From positions 386,635 to 450,634 of the forward strand of contig PBSN01000008.1 of the NCBI GenBank assembly GCA_002726235.1: 64,000 nucleotides of DNA, given 5' to 3'. The notes below the pieces were generated by a model. The model saw only the letters and a program-made list of their open reading frames with translations. It was not told where the DNA came from and made no database searches. The stretch's first letter is position 1. Each line of letters begins with the position of its first letter. The position numbers were made by a program, and so were the translations under genes. The DNA is from Nitrospiraceae bacterium. GTDB taxonomy: Bacteria; Nitrospirota; Nitrospiria; Nitrospirales; UBA2166. Positions 46,940 to 56,426 of the stretch are shown piece by piece.

Positions 46940-48676
46940 TCAACCTTGCATTCGGTGGAGATGGGTATAGACTCCATCCTGACGTAGCAGGGCTTCATGG
47001 CCCCCAGTTTCAATAATCTTCCCATGATTGAGCACGACAATCCGATCAGCCTGTCGGATTGTTGAGAATCGATGTGCAACTACAAACGTGGTTCGCCCCT
47101 TCATGAGATTGAGCAACGCAAGTTGAACCATCTGTTCAGATTCAGCATCTAAAGCAGCTGTGGCTTCATCGAGAATGAGGACTCGTGGATTACGCAGCAT
47201 TGCACGTGCAATCGCAATGCGCTGACGCTCCCCTCCAGAAAGTTTGATGCCATTCTCTCCGATGATGGCATCATACTCATCCGGCAATTGAGTGATGAAG
47301 TTGTGCGCATACGCGCCTTCTGCTGCCGCAACGACTTCACCTATTCCAAGATCGTCACGTCCATACGCAATATTGCTACGAATTGTCCCTTCAAATAGCA
47401 GTACATCCTGTGAGACCATGCCAATCTGTTGCCTCAATGATTGAAGTGACACTTCACGTATGTCATGCCCATCGAAAAGAATTCTCCCTTCTGTCGGATC
47501 ATAGAATCGAGGGATAAGGTTCACGCATGTCGTTTTTCCACTCCCACTAGGCCCCACCAATGCCACAACCTCGCCTGCTCCTGCGGTAATGTCAATCTCG
47601 ACAAGCGCAGGCATCTCTGTCTCCGCATAATAGAAAGTCACACCTTGAAGCTCAATGGTGCCTTTCACCGCAGGAAGTACACGCTGACCCCGATCAAGGA
47701 CACATTCAGTTTCTTCATCGAGGACCACAAAAATTCGCTGGGCTGCCGCTAAGGCACGTTGAATCGTATTATTGGCATGGGCCAGTCGACGGATAGGATT
47801 GTAGAGTAGAAACACAGCTGTCAGGAAGGAAGCAAAGGCGCCAGGAGTCATGACGTCTTGGATCACGAGATAGCCGCCATACCACACTACGCCAGCAACA
47901 CCGATCGACCCCACAAACTCCATCACCGGAGACGTGAACGCTGCGACTTGCGCGCCTTTCATGGTGGCTCGAAAGTAGTTCGTATTAACGTCATGAAAAC
48001 GACCTGCCTCAAAGGTTTCACGCACAAACGCTTTGACGACTCTAATGCCCGTGAGACTTTCCTTGATAAGCGCAGAAAGATCAGCAATCCGCTCTTGACC
48101 GGTCAAGGCAATTCTTCGAAGACGTTTGCCTAACTGCAACATGGGATAAATCGATAACGGGAGCACCACTACCGCAAGGAGAGCTAATTTCGGATTCTGA
48201 TAAAAAATCACAGCGACGAGAACGAGAACGGTCAAACTCTGTTGAACAACATCTTTAAACATTCCGGAGACCGCCTCTTGAAATAGATGGACATCATCAA
48301 GTACTCGTGCCAATAAACGTCCGGATGCGTTCTTGATATGGAACGTAAGAGGCAAACGAATCAGGTGTTCGTATAACTGATCCCGGACATCAGCCACCAC
48401 GCGTAACCCAACATAGTTCATCAGATACGCTTGGGCATAGGTAAACAGCCCTTTCAGCAGGGAAATCGCAAGAAGAACGAGCGGTAAGATGATGAGCATC
48501 TGCATATTTTTGTTGATGAAGATATCGTCCAAAACCGGTCGTGCGAGGTAGGCGTACATTCCAGTAAAACCAGACACAAACGCAGAACACACCACCGCGA
48601 TTGCAAGGCGTTTCCAATATGGACCCAAATAACGGAGAAGTCTGAGGTAGTTTGTGATGCCTTCGGAGCGTTCCAT
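46940..48676 (-). CDS. msbA: Lipid A export ABC transporter MsbA
   Basis: 6-TM domain plus NBD (GPSGSGKT, LSGGERQR, ILDEAT); located in the lpx cluster. Confidence 0.92.
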   Translation of the reverse strand: MERSEGITNYLRLLRYLGPYWKRLAIAVVCSAFVSGFTGMYAYLARPVLDDIFINKNMQMLIILPLVLLAISLLKGLFTYAQAYLMNYVGLRVVADVRDQLYEHLIRLPLTFHIKNASGRLLARVLDDVHLFQEAVSGMFKDVVQQSLTVLVLVAVIFYQNPKLALLAVVVLPLSIYPMLQLGKRLRRIALTGQERIADLSALIKESLTGIRVVKAFVRETFEAGRFHDVNTNYFRATMKGAQVAAFTSPVMEFVGSIGVAGVVWYGGYLVIQDVMTPGAFASFLTAVFLLYNPIRRLAHANNTIQRALAAAQRIFVVLDEETECVLDRGQRVLPAVKGTIELQGVTFYYAETEMPALVEIDITAGAGEVVALVGPSGSGKTTCVNLIPRFYDPTEGRILFDGHDIREVSLQSLRQQIGMVSQDVLLFEGTIRSNIAYGRDDLGIGEVVAAAEGAYAHNFITQLPDEYDAIIGENGIKLSGGERQRIAIARAMLRNPRVLILDEATAALDAESEQMVQLALLNLMKGRTTFVVAHRFSTIRQADRIVVLNHGKIIETGGHEALLRQDGVYTHLHRMQG

Positions 48677-48700
48677 TAATCAATCATGCAGTAGAGTGTG

Positions 48701-49846
48701 CTACTCCACGAGAACATGCCTCAGATGTTTCACGATCACAGCGGCAGCGCGATCCGCCGCCCCTGGAGGACTAAATTTTGTTCGAACAGCAGACAACTCG
48801 TCGACCATACGTTGATATGTTACTTCGTCAGACACTAGCGTTTGAATCAACTCTGCAAGCCGAGAAGGCGTCGCTTGGTGTTGAATAAGTTCCGGTACTA
48901 CACTCCGGCCCATGACGATATTCACGAGACCAATCCATTTAATTTTGACAAGCCAGCGCGCCAAACAGTACGTCAACCAAGACGTGCGATACACTATAAT
49001 CATGGGAATTCCAAGAAAACCAGCTTGTAACGTGGCCGTTCCAGATGCAACGAGCACCACGTCCGCAGATCTCATCACGTCAATAGCCCGTCCGGAAACA
49101 CATTTCACGTCAAAGGAATACTGTCGACACACGGCCTCAACACTCGGCTGATCGACAGACTGGGCAATGGGAAGAATAGTCTGAAAATGCATAGACTGAC
49201 TAACCTGCGTCAAAGACTCAAGCATTAACGGGAGATGCGTCTTGATTTCGCGCGCACGACTACCAGGAAGAATTGCAACCACGAGGTCACTTTCCTCAAG
49301 CAAAAAATGCTTGCGTATGTCTTTTTTCGTGCCATGACTCTGCATCTCGATTTCGTCAAGCAATGGATGCCCGACAAAGGTGCACGGAACACCGGCAGAG
49401 CGAAACACTTCTTCTTCAAATGGCAAAATAACGATCAGATGATCGACAACCCGAGCAATCAGTTTTAATCTCTCCCGATGCCAAGCCCATACTTGAGGTG
49501 CAACATAGTAAATAACTGAAATCCCTAAGCTTTTTGCCAGTGAGGCAAGTCTTAGGTTGAGCCCAGGATTATCAATGAAAATAATTAAATCTGGGGGTGT
49601 TGATTTGAGAAAATTGCGAACGGAAAAGTAGGTTCTTAATGCCGCTCTAGCCTGCTGAAAGCCAAAGGTCCCGACGACATCGAGATGTGCAATGCCATGG
49701 ATCAGATCAACACCAGCTTCCTTCATGTTGCGTCCGCCAACGCCACGAAGGATGATCGATTGATCTATCCGTCTCAGTGCCTTGGCAAGCCTAGCGCCAT
49801 GCATATCCCCCGACAACTCACCGGCAACGATAAGCAATCGTTGCAT
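48701..49846 (-). CDS. lpxB: Lipid-A-disaccharide synthase
   Basis: VAGELSGD, YYVAPQVWAW, LPFE, VGHPL, LPGSR, SGTATL. Confidence 0.96.
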   Translation of the reverse strand: MQRLLIVAGELSGDMHGARLAKALRRIDQSIILRGVGGRNMKEAGVDLIHGIAHLDVVGTFGFQQARAALRTYFSVRNFLKSTPPDLIIFIDNPGLNLRLASLAKSLGISVIYYVAPQVWAWHRERLKLIARVVDHLIVILPFEEEVFRSAGVPCTFVGHPLLDEIEMQSHGTKKDIRKHFLLEESDLVVAILPGSRAREIKTHLPLMLESLTQVSQSMHFQTILPIAQSVDQPSVEAVCRQYSFDVKCVSGRAIDVMRSADVVLVASGTATLQAGFLGIPMIIVYRTSWLTYCLARWLVKIKWIGLVNIVMGRSVVPELIQHQATPSRLAELIQTLVSDEVTYQRMVDELSAVRTKFSPPGAADRAAAVIVKHLRHVLVE

Positions 49847-49847
49847 A

Positions 49848-50888
49848 CTATCCTAGGCTAATAACGGGTTCGACCTTAGTAGGAAGGGGCTCACTCACAC
49901 TGGCGGTGAGTGGATCAGACAGTGTATCCCCCTCTTGAGAGAAACGGGAGCGAATCGTCTCAAGCACATGATGCGCAAGCTTCAAGGCTGCCAAGCCATC
50001 GTGACCGGAAACGAGCGGTGCTGTTCCTTGTTGAATACATCCAAGGAAAGAATCAAGCTCTCTCCAGAGCGGCTCATCGCTGTGCCCAGCAAATTCGTGT
50101 CCAGGGCACTCTTTATCTGACCTCATTTGCTCAAGAGTTGGATACACACAAACAGTGCCGGATGCAAGATTCGCGAGGAGAACATTCTCTGGCTGTGCAA
50201 TCGTCATAGTCCGTACATTCTCAGATGAGACCCTACTTGCAGACACGTTCGCAACACATCCGTTTCGAAATACGATTCTGGCATTAGCAATATCCAGACT
50301 GGAAGATCGAACACTCACGCCCGATGCTTGAACGTCCTCTACCTCACTCCCAACAAGCCAAAGAAGAAGATCTAAATCATGGATCATGAGATCAAGCACC
50401 ACATCAACGTCCACACTACGACCTGAGAACACACTCAAGCGATGGCTATCGATAAAATACGGGGCGGTAATCATATCGTGGAGGGCAACCAGTGCCGAAT
50501 TAAACCGTTCAAGATGCCCTACCTGATAGACACATTTTCGATTCTCTGCGAGCGCGACACAATGCCTGCCGTCCTCAACAGTCGCCGCAATAGGTTTTTC
50601 AACCAGGACATGTACTCCGCGCTCGAGACATTGCTTGGTGATCTCAGCGTGCTGAACGGCTGGGACCACAAGACTGACGGCATCGACTGCAGTCAACAAT
50701 GTATCAAGATCTGAAAACTTCTCACACTCATAATGCTGCGCAATGTCGCTCGCGCGCCCAGGGAAAGGATCTAAAACACCAACGAGTCTTGCAGCGGAAT
50801 GCTGCGCATAGATCCGTGCATGATGCTGACCGAAGGATCCCACGCCAATCACTCCCACGTTCACAACATTCTGACTCATGTGCAACAA
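49848..50888 (-). CDS. Gfo/Idh/MocA NAD-dependent oxidoreductase, GnnA-like (UDP-GlcNAc 3-dehydrogenase)
   Basis: GVGSFG Rossmann motif, LVEKP, GHLERFN, DLMIHD; position between lpxI and lpxB. Confidence 0.8.
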   Translation of the reverse strand: MLHMSQNVVNVGVIGVGSFGQHHARIYAQHSAARLVGVLDPFPGRASDIAQHYECEKFSDLDTLLTAVDAVSLVVPAVQHAEITKQCLERGVHVLVEKPIAATVEDGRHCVALAENRKCVYQVGHLERFNSALVALHDMITAPYFIDSHRLSVFSGRSVDVDVVLDLMIHDLDLLLWLVGSEVEDVQASGVSVRSSSLDIANARIVFRNGCVANVSASRVSSENVRTMTIAQPENVLLANLASGTVCVYPTLEQMRSDKECPGHEFAGHSDEPLWRELDSFLGCIQQGTAPLVSGHDGLAALKLAHHVLETIRSRFSQEGDTLSDPLTASVSEPLPTKVEPVISLG

Positions 50889-51022
50889 CGCAAATTACTT
50901 CGATGTTGGCTCAGGAGAAGGCGCAATGAACACAGGATCTGGCATATTTAGCAATACATGGGAATCCAATCACCCCAGCAACGTCATCTTGGAGAAGAGA
51001 AGAATAACTTGAGCAGTTATAT

Positions 51023-51829
51023 TCATGTAGGCAATCCCACCACTGTAATTCCAGCTTTATTGGCTACAGAAAGCATGACCGACTTCTCCAGCATCACACA
51101 CTTTCCAGCCTCTAGAGCCAATGCCGTCGCACCTACTTCTTTCATCACCTTGACGGTCTGTGGTCCTACCGTCGGCAGGTCAAACCGAAGATCTTGCTGA
51201 AGTTTACTACGCTTGATCACCGAGGCTCCAGCCTTCGCAAAGCGCCCCCCACGCTCGATGGTTATATCGGTGCCCTCCACTGTTTCAACAGCGACGATCA
51301 CATTATCCTTGACCACCACACATTGGCCAATGTCCATACGACCGATCTCTTTCACTATATCCCAACCATAATCGATATCTGCCTTTTCAGCGGCTTTTGG
51401 TTTACGCGCCGTCAGGACTCCTTCATCAGCTAACACCTCAGTGAGTCCAAACGTCTGTTCAATAATTTCAATCCCTTCGGTCGCGAGCTCTTCAGCGATT
51501 GCGCGAAGCAATAGATCGTCTTCACGTCCGCCCACTCGACGCAACAAAGCTAACCCTCTCATATCAGGTCGGATCTTTGAAAAAAAATGGGTCTTTTTTA
51601 CACCACCGATCATCACCGCTTTGGTAATACCGTCATCCTTCAATGCCTTAATCAAACGACCGAGCTGCCCAAGTTTGACCCAATGGATATGATCGACAAC
51701 CTCTTCTAGATTGGGATCGGTTTCCTCTGTATGTGCAACCGCACTCACCGAATATCCAAGACGCCGTGCATTTTTTGCGAACAAACGCGGAAACTGCCCG
51801 TTCCCCGCAATTAGGCCAATTTTGGTCAT
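51023..51829 (-). CDS. lpxI: UDP-2,3-diacylglucosamine diphosphatase LpxI
   Basis: GLIAGNGQFP, DIGQCVVV, AVETVEGTD, QDLRFDLPTVG. Confidence 0.92.
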   Translation of the reverse strand: MTKIGLIAGNGQFPRLFAKNARRLGYSVSAVAHTEETDPNLEEVVDHIHWVKLGQLGRLIKALKDDGITKAVMIGGVKKTHFFSKIRPDMRGLALLRRVGGREDDLLLRAIAEELATEGIEIIEQTFGLTEVLADEGVLTARKPKAAEKADIDYGWDIVKEIGRMDIGQCVVVKDNVIVAVETVEGTDITIERGGRFAKAGASVIKRSKLQQDLRFDLPTVGPQTVKVMKEVGATALALEAGKCVMLEKSVMLSVANKAGITVVGLPT

Positions 51830-52662
51830 AGGCGCGCCGTCAGTTCTTCCACTCGTTCATCTCCATTGGTCACCTTCGGAAGACCCGAGCGACATATTCC
51901 GCGTTTTGTCCCCTCAATAAATTGGACCAACTCAGAAACTTCTGCAGTATTCTGTGCAGCATCGCGAAGCATCTGAATGGATTCGGTTTGCTTCAAATCA
52001 GAACGAAATAGCGTTCTGTAGGCGGATTTAAGGGATTGAATAGTCTCACTCGAAAAGCCGTTTCGACTTAACCCGACAGAGTTCAGACCAATCAAATGTG
52101 CCCGATACCCCCCTGCTGCTCGCGTAAATGGGGGGACATCTTGCCCCAATGCAGAACAGCCCCCAACCATCGCAAATCTCCCTATACGGACATATTGATG
52201 AATCCCAACGAGGCCACCGATCACAGCATGGTCTCCTATAGAAATATGTCCTGCGAGGGTCGCCGCGTTCGCCATCAAGATGTGATTCCCCAGCAAACAG
52301 TCATGGGCAATGTGAACATAAGCCATGAGCAAATTGTTGTCTCCGATCTTGGTTACTCCACCTCCAAATTCCGTCGCTCGATTAACCGTCACGAATTCAC
52401 GAATGGTGTTGTTGCGGCCAATTGTTACCAAAGTATCTTCGCCTTGGTACCGAAAATGTTGAGGAGAAGTTCCGATTGAGACAAATGGCGAAATCTTACA
52501 GTCTTCACCAATATCAGTTCGGCCTTCGATCACCACATGGGAACCAACCGTGGTACCAGCCTCAATCGTGACGTTCTCACCGATGACCGCATAGGGACCG
52601 ATATCAACACTATCCGCCAAGACGGCCTTCGGATGGACCACTGCCGTTGCGTGAATCGTCAC
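51826..52662 (-). CDS. lpxA: Acyl-ACP--UDP-N-acetylglucosamine acyltransferase
   Basis: Hexapeptide repeats, IREFVTVNRAT, MAYVHIAHDC, HQYVRIG, QDVPP, GLNSVGL. Confidence 0.96.
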   Translation of the reverse strand: MTIHATAVVHPKAVLADSVDIGPYAVIGENVTIEAGTTVGSHVVIEGRTDIGEDCKISPFVSIGTSPQHFRYQGEDTLVTIGRNNTIREFVTVNRATEFGGGVTKIGDNNLLMAYVHIAHDCLLGNHILMANAATLAGHISIGDHAVIGGLVGIHQYVRIGRFAMVGGCSALGQDVPPFTRAAGGYRAHLIGLNSVGLSRNGFSSETIQSLKSAYRTLFRSDLKQTESIQMLRDAAQNTAEVSELVQFIEGTKRGICRSGLPKVTNGDERVEELTARL

Positions 52663-53171
52663 GACCCTGCCCCATCAATGATCGCCGCAGTTGTAGACAC
52701 CGACGAGACAGCGTCTTTCTCTCCGGCAAACATCGCAAGAAGTTCTGCCTCACACACCACCTTCGATTCAACATAGACCCACCCTTTGGTCTTCCAGTAT
52801 GGCGTACGTTTACGAAGAACCTTTACTTCCATCCGAAGTTGGTCCCCTGGCACCACAGGTTTTCGAAATTTTGCTTGGTCGATTCCCATGAAATAGACAA
52901 GATTGCCATCATGCCCATCAGATGATTTATAGGCCAGAACAGCGCTTATTTGTGCAAGAGCCTCAATCAATAAAACTCCAGGCATGATTGGACGGTCAGG
53001 AAAATGACCCGGGAAAAATGGTTCGTTGATTGTGACATTTTTTACTCCAACGATTCGCTCTCCAAGCTCAAGCTCAAGAATGCGGTCGACTAACAAAAAG
53101 GGATACCGATGCGGCAAAATACGCAGAATCTCGCATATATCAACAGATTGTGATTGGTGGTGATCTCCCAT
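52659..53171 (-). CDS. fabZ: 3-hydroxyacyl-ACP dehydratase
   Basis: LPHRYPFLLVD, GHFP..PIMPGVLLIEALAQ, FRKPVVPGD. Start trimmed to ATG 53171. Confidence 0.96.
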   Translation of the reverse strand: MGDHHQSQSVDICEILRILPHRYPFLLVDRILELELGERIVGVKNVTINEPFFPGHFPDRPIMPGVLLIEALAQISAVLAYKSSDGHDGNLVYFMGIDQAKFRKPVVPGDQLRMEVKVLRKRTPYWKTKGWVYVESKVVCEAELLAMFAGEKDAVSSVSTTAAIIDGAGS

Positions 53172-53184
53172 TCCACTCTCTCCC

Positions 53185-53802
53185 CTAGGGTTTTTTCGGC
53201 ATGGGCCCAGATTTTGACTTTGCCTTTGAGGATTTTCCCCCGCGATCAATCTCTTTAATCACCTGAGGAGTGATATCCAGCGAGCCGTGGTGAAAGAGCA
53301 CCATTCCACTATCAGGCATCTTCGCGAGAACAAGTGTGAGACCTCCCCGCTTTGCCACTCTCGCAACTGCAGCTTTCAGCAATTTTGCATACTTATCCGA
53401 CTCTACTTTGCGTCGTTCTTGTAGCCCACGATTAATCTCGTTAGCCTTCTGCTGATAGGCCATCACCTTCTGCTGATAGGATTCCTGTTTTGCCTCCCTC
53501 GCCGCCGCGCTGAGGAGAGGACCTTGTGTTCTTAGCTCATCCTCAAGTTTACGCAACACCGCCTCCTCAGTATCGATCACTTTCTGACTTCGTTCCAGAT
53601 ATTTGGTCAGCGTCGCTTTCATAGTCTTCCCTAACGCTGTCTCATCCGCTACACGCTCTGGTTCAATCACAGCGATTCTAAACTCTGCACTTAGGCTCGG
53701 AGACGATAACGCAACAAGCAGCAGACCTACAATCAGCACGATACTCATTATCCATTGTGTTTTATAACGCTTTGTCCAATCCAACATACGTACCATCACC
53801 AC
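53185..53802 (-). CDS. skp: Periplasmic chaperone Skp/OmpH
   Basis: Signal peptide, RIAVI, coiled-coil body, LDITPQVIKE; located between bamA and fabZ. Confidence 0.85.
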   Translation of the reverse strand: MVMVRMLDWTKRYKTQWIMSIVLIVGLLLVALSSPSLSAEFRIAVIEPERVADETALGKTMKATLTKYLERSQKVIDTEEAVLRKLEDELRTQGPLLSAAAREAKQESYQQKVMAYQQKANEINRGLQERRKVESDKYAKLLKAAVARVAKRGGLTLVLAKMPDSGMVLFHHGSLDITPQVIKEIDRGGKSSKAKSKSGPMPKKP

Positions 53803-53809
53803 CCCCTAG

Positions 53810-56176
53810 CTAGAATAAAGACCCAATAGAGAATTCGAGCAGGCCAGGAGCCTCATTGTCTCGCTTATCCACCTTTAACCCATACGCCACGCGTAGCGGT
53901 CCAAATGGTGAAATCCAACGAAGCTCAATCCCAGCACCCTGCCGTAAAGTTGTTGGATCCAGCGTTTCTCCCGTTTCAAATCCACGACCAAGATCCAGAA
54001 AAAGCGCCGCATTAATCTGTGCTTCTTTTACAACCGGCAAAATATACTCAAAGGTGAACCCCATGGCTCGATCGGCACCAAGAACCTCATCGGTATTTTC
54101 GACCATAGGCCCCGCTTTTCCATATCCAAACCCTCGCACCTGAGGAAACCCATTAATACTTCCCACAAACAACCGCTCAGTCAATGGAATATCATTATCA
54201 GCACCATACGGCTCGCTAACTCCCAGTACACCACGCACTGAAAAAACATGGTCAAACCACCAAAGTGGAGCGTAATGGACCGTAGTTCCCAGAATCTTGA
54301 CGAAGTCGTTGTTGCCTCCAAAAAAGTGACTCGCAATTTCTACTGAGGCAGTTTGCCGTGACCCGCTAGTTGGATCAAGATGGTAGTCACGTGTATCACT
54401 TGAGATATTCGCCCCAATAGAACTTACCGCCTGCGTCCCCTTTTGCTCTGTGATAAATGGGGGAAGAAACTCGAGTCTCTCCTCCTCAGTACACACAATA
54501 TCAAAAGCCTCATCGCATGTGAGAAGATTGCTAATCCTGACCCGCTCATACGCAATATTCACCCCTCCATACAAATACTCTCCGAAAGGTTGGGTGAGTG
54601 AAATCCCTCCTCCGGTTCGAGCTTCCTCATAGGTATAAACATCAAACGCTTGGTGAAATAGGTCAAACTGCGTCGAAATCTCAGTATCTAAAAAATAAGG
54701 CTCCCGGAAACTGATATTTGCATAGTTGCGCCGCTCACCTAATTGTGCATTCAAACGAAGCAATTGTCCATTTCCAAAGAGATTTCCTTCCACAATATCG
54801 AAAATTGCGGTGAGTCGGTCCAACGAACTAAATCCACCCCCGATACTGAACGAGCCTGTGGCTTTTTCCTTCACTCGAATATTCAAGTCGACTTCGCCAT
54901 CATCTAAAGGCTCAGGAACCAGCTCCACGGTTTCAAAGAAGTTCAAGTTATTGAGTCGTTGGAAACTTCGCTGAATAGCAGTCGTCTCAATGACTTCACC
55001 TTCATTGACACGCACCTCGCGTCGAATAACCTTATCCCTCGTCTTGTCATTCCCGGCAACATTGATACGTCGAATGCTGACAAGATCTCCTTCCGTCACG
55101 GAAAACGTCACATCAGCTTTATGCGTTTCGTCATTTGGTACGACCATCGGATTAGCATCTGCAAACACGTAACCTTTTGACCCATAGAGATCGGTAATGC
55201 GCTCGACTTCTTCCCGCATGACTTGCCGTTGAAACACGTCACCAGACTTCACCTCAAGCGTCGTTTTCAACTCATCGTCAGTGAACTCTTCATTGCCGGT
55301 AAACTCCACCTCTCCAACCTGAAACTCTTCACCCTCCGAAATCGGGAACGAGATGTGAAACCACGCCTTATCATCGCTCAAAACGACATCGGGAAGACCC
55401 ACCTTGGCGTTGATATATCCTTTGTTCGCATACAGGTCTTTAATGCGTTCAACGTCGTTTGGAATTTCATCCTTCTTGTAGGCCCCGGTCCCTGCCAGCC
55501 ATGAGGTGAAAAAGGAGTACTTCCGTGTTGCAATCCCTCCACTCAGCTCTTCTGCTAGGATGTTTTTGTTGCCAACAAAGTCAACGTGCTTTATCCGTGC
55601 GAGCGGTCCTTCCTTGATGTAGAACGTCAGGGTCGATTTGTCTTCACCTGTGGACTGAATTACTGGAATGACCCTGGCATCGTAATATCCATCCCCACGA
55701 TAAAGAGTCCGTAAGGCCTTCACACTTTCCTCAACCTGGTTTTGATCAAGAAAGGTGTTGGTGCGAACAGTCACCTCATCTTTGAGTTTGGCAGTTTTGA
55801 GGTTTTCGTGGCCATCATAGTAAATATTCGTCACAAACGGATTTTCCTTCACGATGACAATAAGACCAAGACCACCCGAAGTCGGATCCGTTTCGAGTTG
55901 AACATCTTCAAAGTATCCCATACCGTAAATCGTTCGAATTGCTTTAGGAATGAGCGTTGTAGAGAACACCTCACCAATTTTTACTCCCATTCTAGAGAGA
56001 ATGGTTGTAGACTCAATTCGCTTATTCCCCCGAACATCGATAAAGGAGATGGTGGGACCCTCACGCAGATCCATTTCTTGAGCAAAGAGATGCCCCCCAT
56101 AGTCTGCATTGACGCAAGCCACAAGGATAATGAGCACACATGCTCCATATTTAATCCGCCCTAAAAGGCTCTGCAA
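53810..56176 (-). CDS. bamA: Outer membrane protein assembly factor BamA
   Basis: POTRA repeats (VRGNKRI, GNDKTRDKVIRRE), VRGF motif, WISPFGPL, C-terminal Phe. Confidence 0.96.
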   Translation of the reverse strand: MQSLLGRIKYGACVLIILVACVNADYGGHLFAQEMDLREGPTISFIDVRGNKRIESTTILSRMGVKIGEVFSTTLIPKAIRTIYGMGYFEDVQLETDPTSGGLGLIVIVKENPFVTNIYYDGHENLKTAKLKDEVTVRTNTFLDQNQVEESVKALRTLYRGDGYYDARVIPVIQSTGEDKSTLTFYIKEGPLARIKHVDFVGNKNILAEELSGGIATRKYSFFTSWLAGTGAYKKDEIPNDVERIKDLYANKGYINAKVGLPDVVLSDDKAWFHISFPISEGEEFQVGEVEFTGNEEFTDDELKTTLEVKSGDVFQRQVMREEVERITDLYGSKGYVFADANPMVVPNDETHKADVTFSVTEGDLVSIRRINVAGNDKTRDKVIRREVRVNEGEVIETTAIQRSFQRLNNLNFFETVELVPEPLDDGEVDLNIRVKEKATGSFSIGGGFSSLDRLTAIFDIVEGNLFGNGQLLRLNAQLGERRNYANISFREPYFLDTEISTQFDLFHQAFDVYTYEEARTGGGISLTQPFGEYLYGGVNIAYERVRISNLLTCDEAFDIVCTEEERLEFLPPFITEQKGTQAVSSIGANISSDTRDYHLDPTSGSRQTASVEIASHFFGGNNDFVKILGTTVHYAPLWWFDHVFSVRGVLGVSEPYGADNDIPLTERLFVGSINGFPQVRGFGYGKAGPMVENTDEVLGADRAMGFTFEYILPVVKEAQINAALFLDLGRGFETGETLDPTTLRQGAGIELRWISPFGPLRVAYGLKVDKRDNEAPGLLEFSIGSLF

Positions 56177-56426
56177 TGACTCACAATTCCTTCAAAAACG
56201 AAGCAATTATACCCATCTCAGAAAAGTGAAGTAAAGGAGGGTGTAGCGACCACATCACGGGGTTTTTATCACTTTTTCTCTTTTCCTGTGCACAGCAAAA
56301 ACTCAATGACAGCAAACCTTCTGAGACCCTTGCCCGACTCACTACCCCCATGCTAGGCTGTCGAGTTACAGTCAGTAGTGCAATTACCCATCCAACGACG
56401 CGCCTGCTGTACCATAAAGACTCGCT

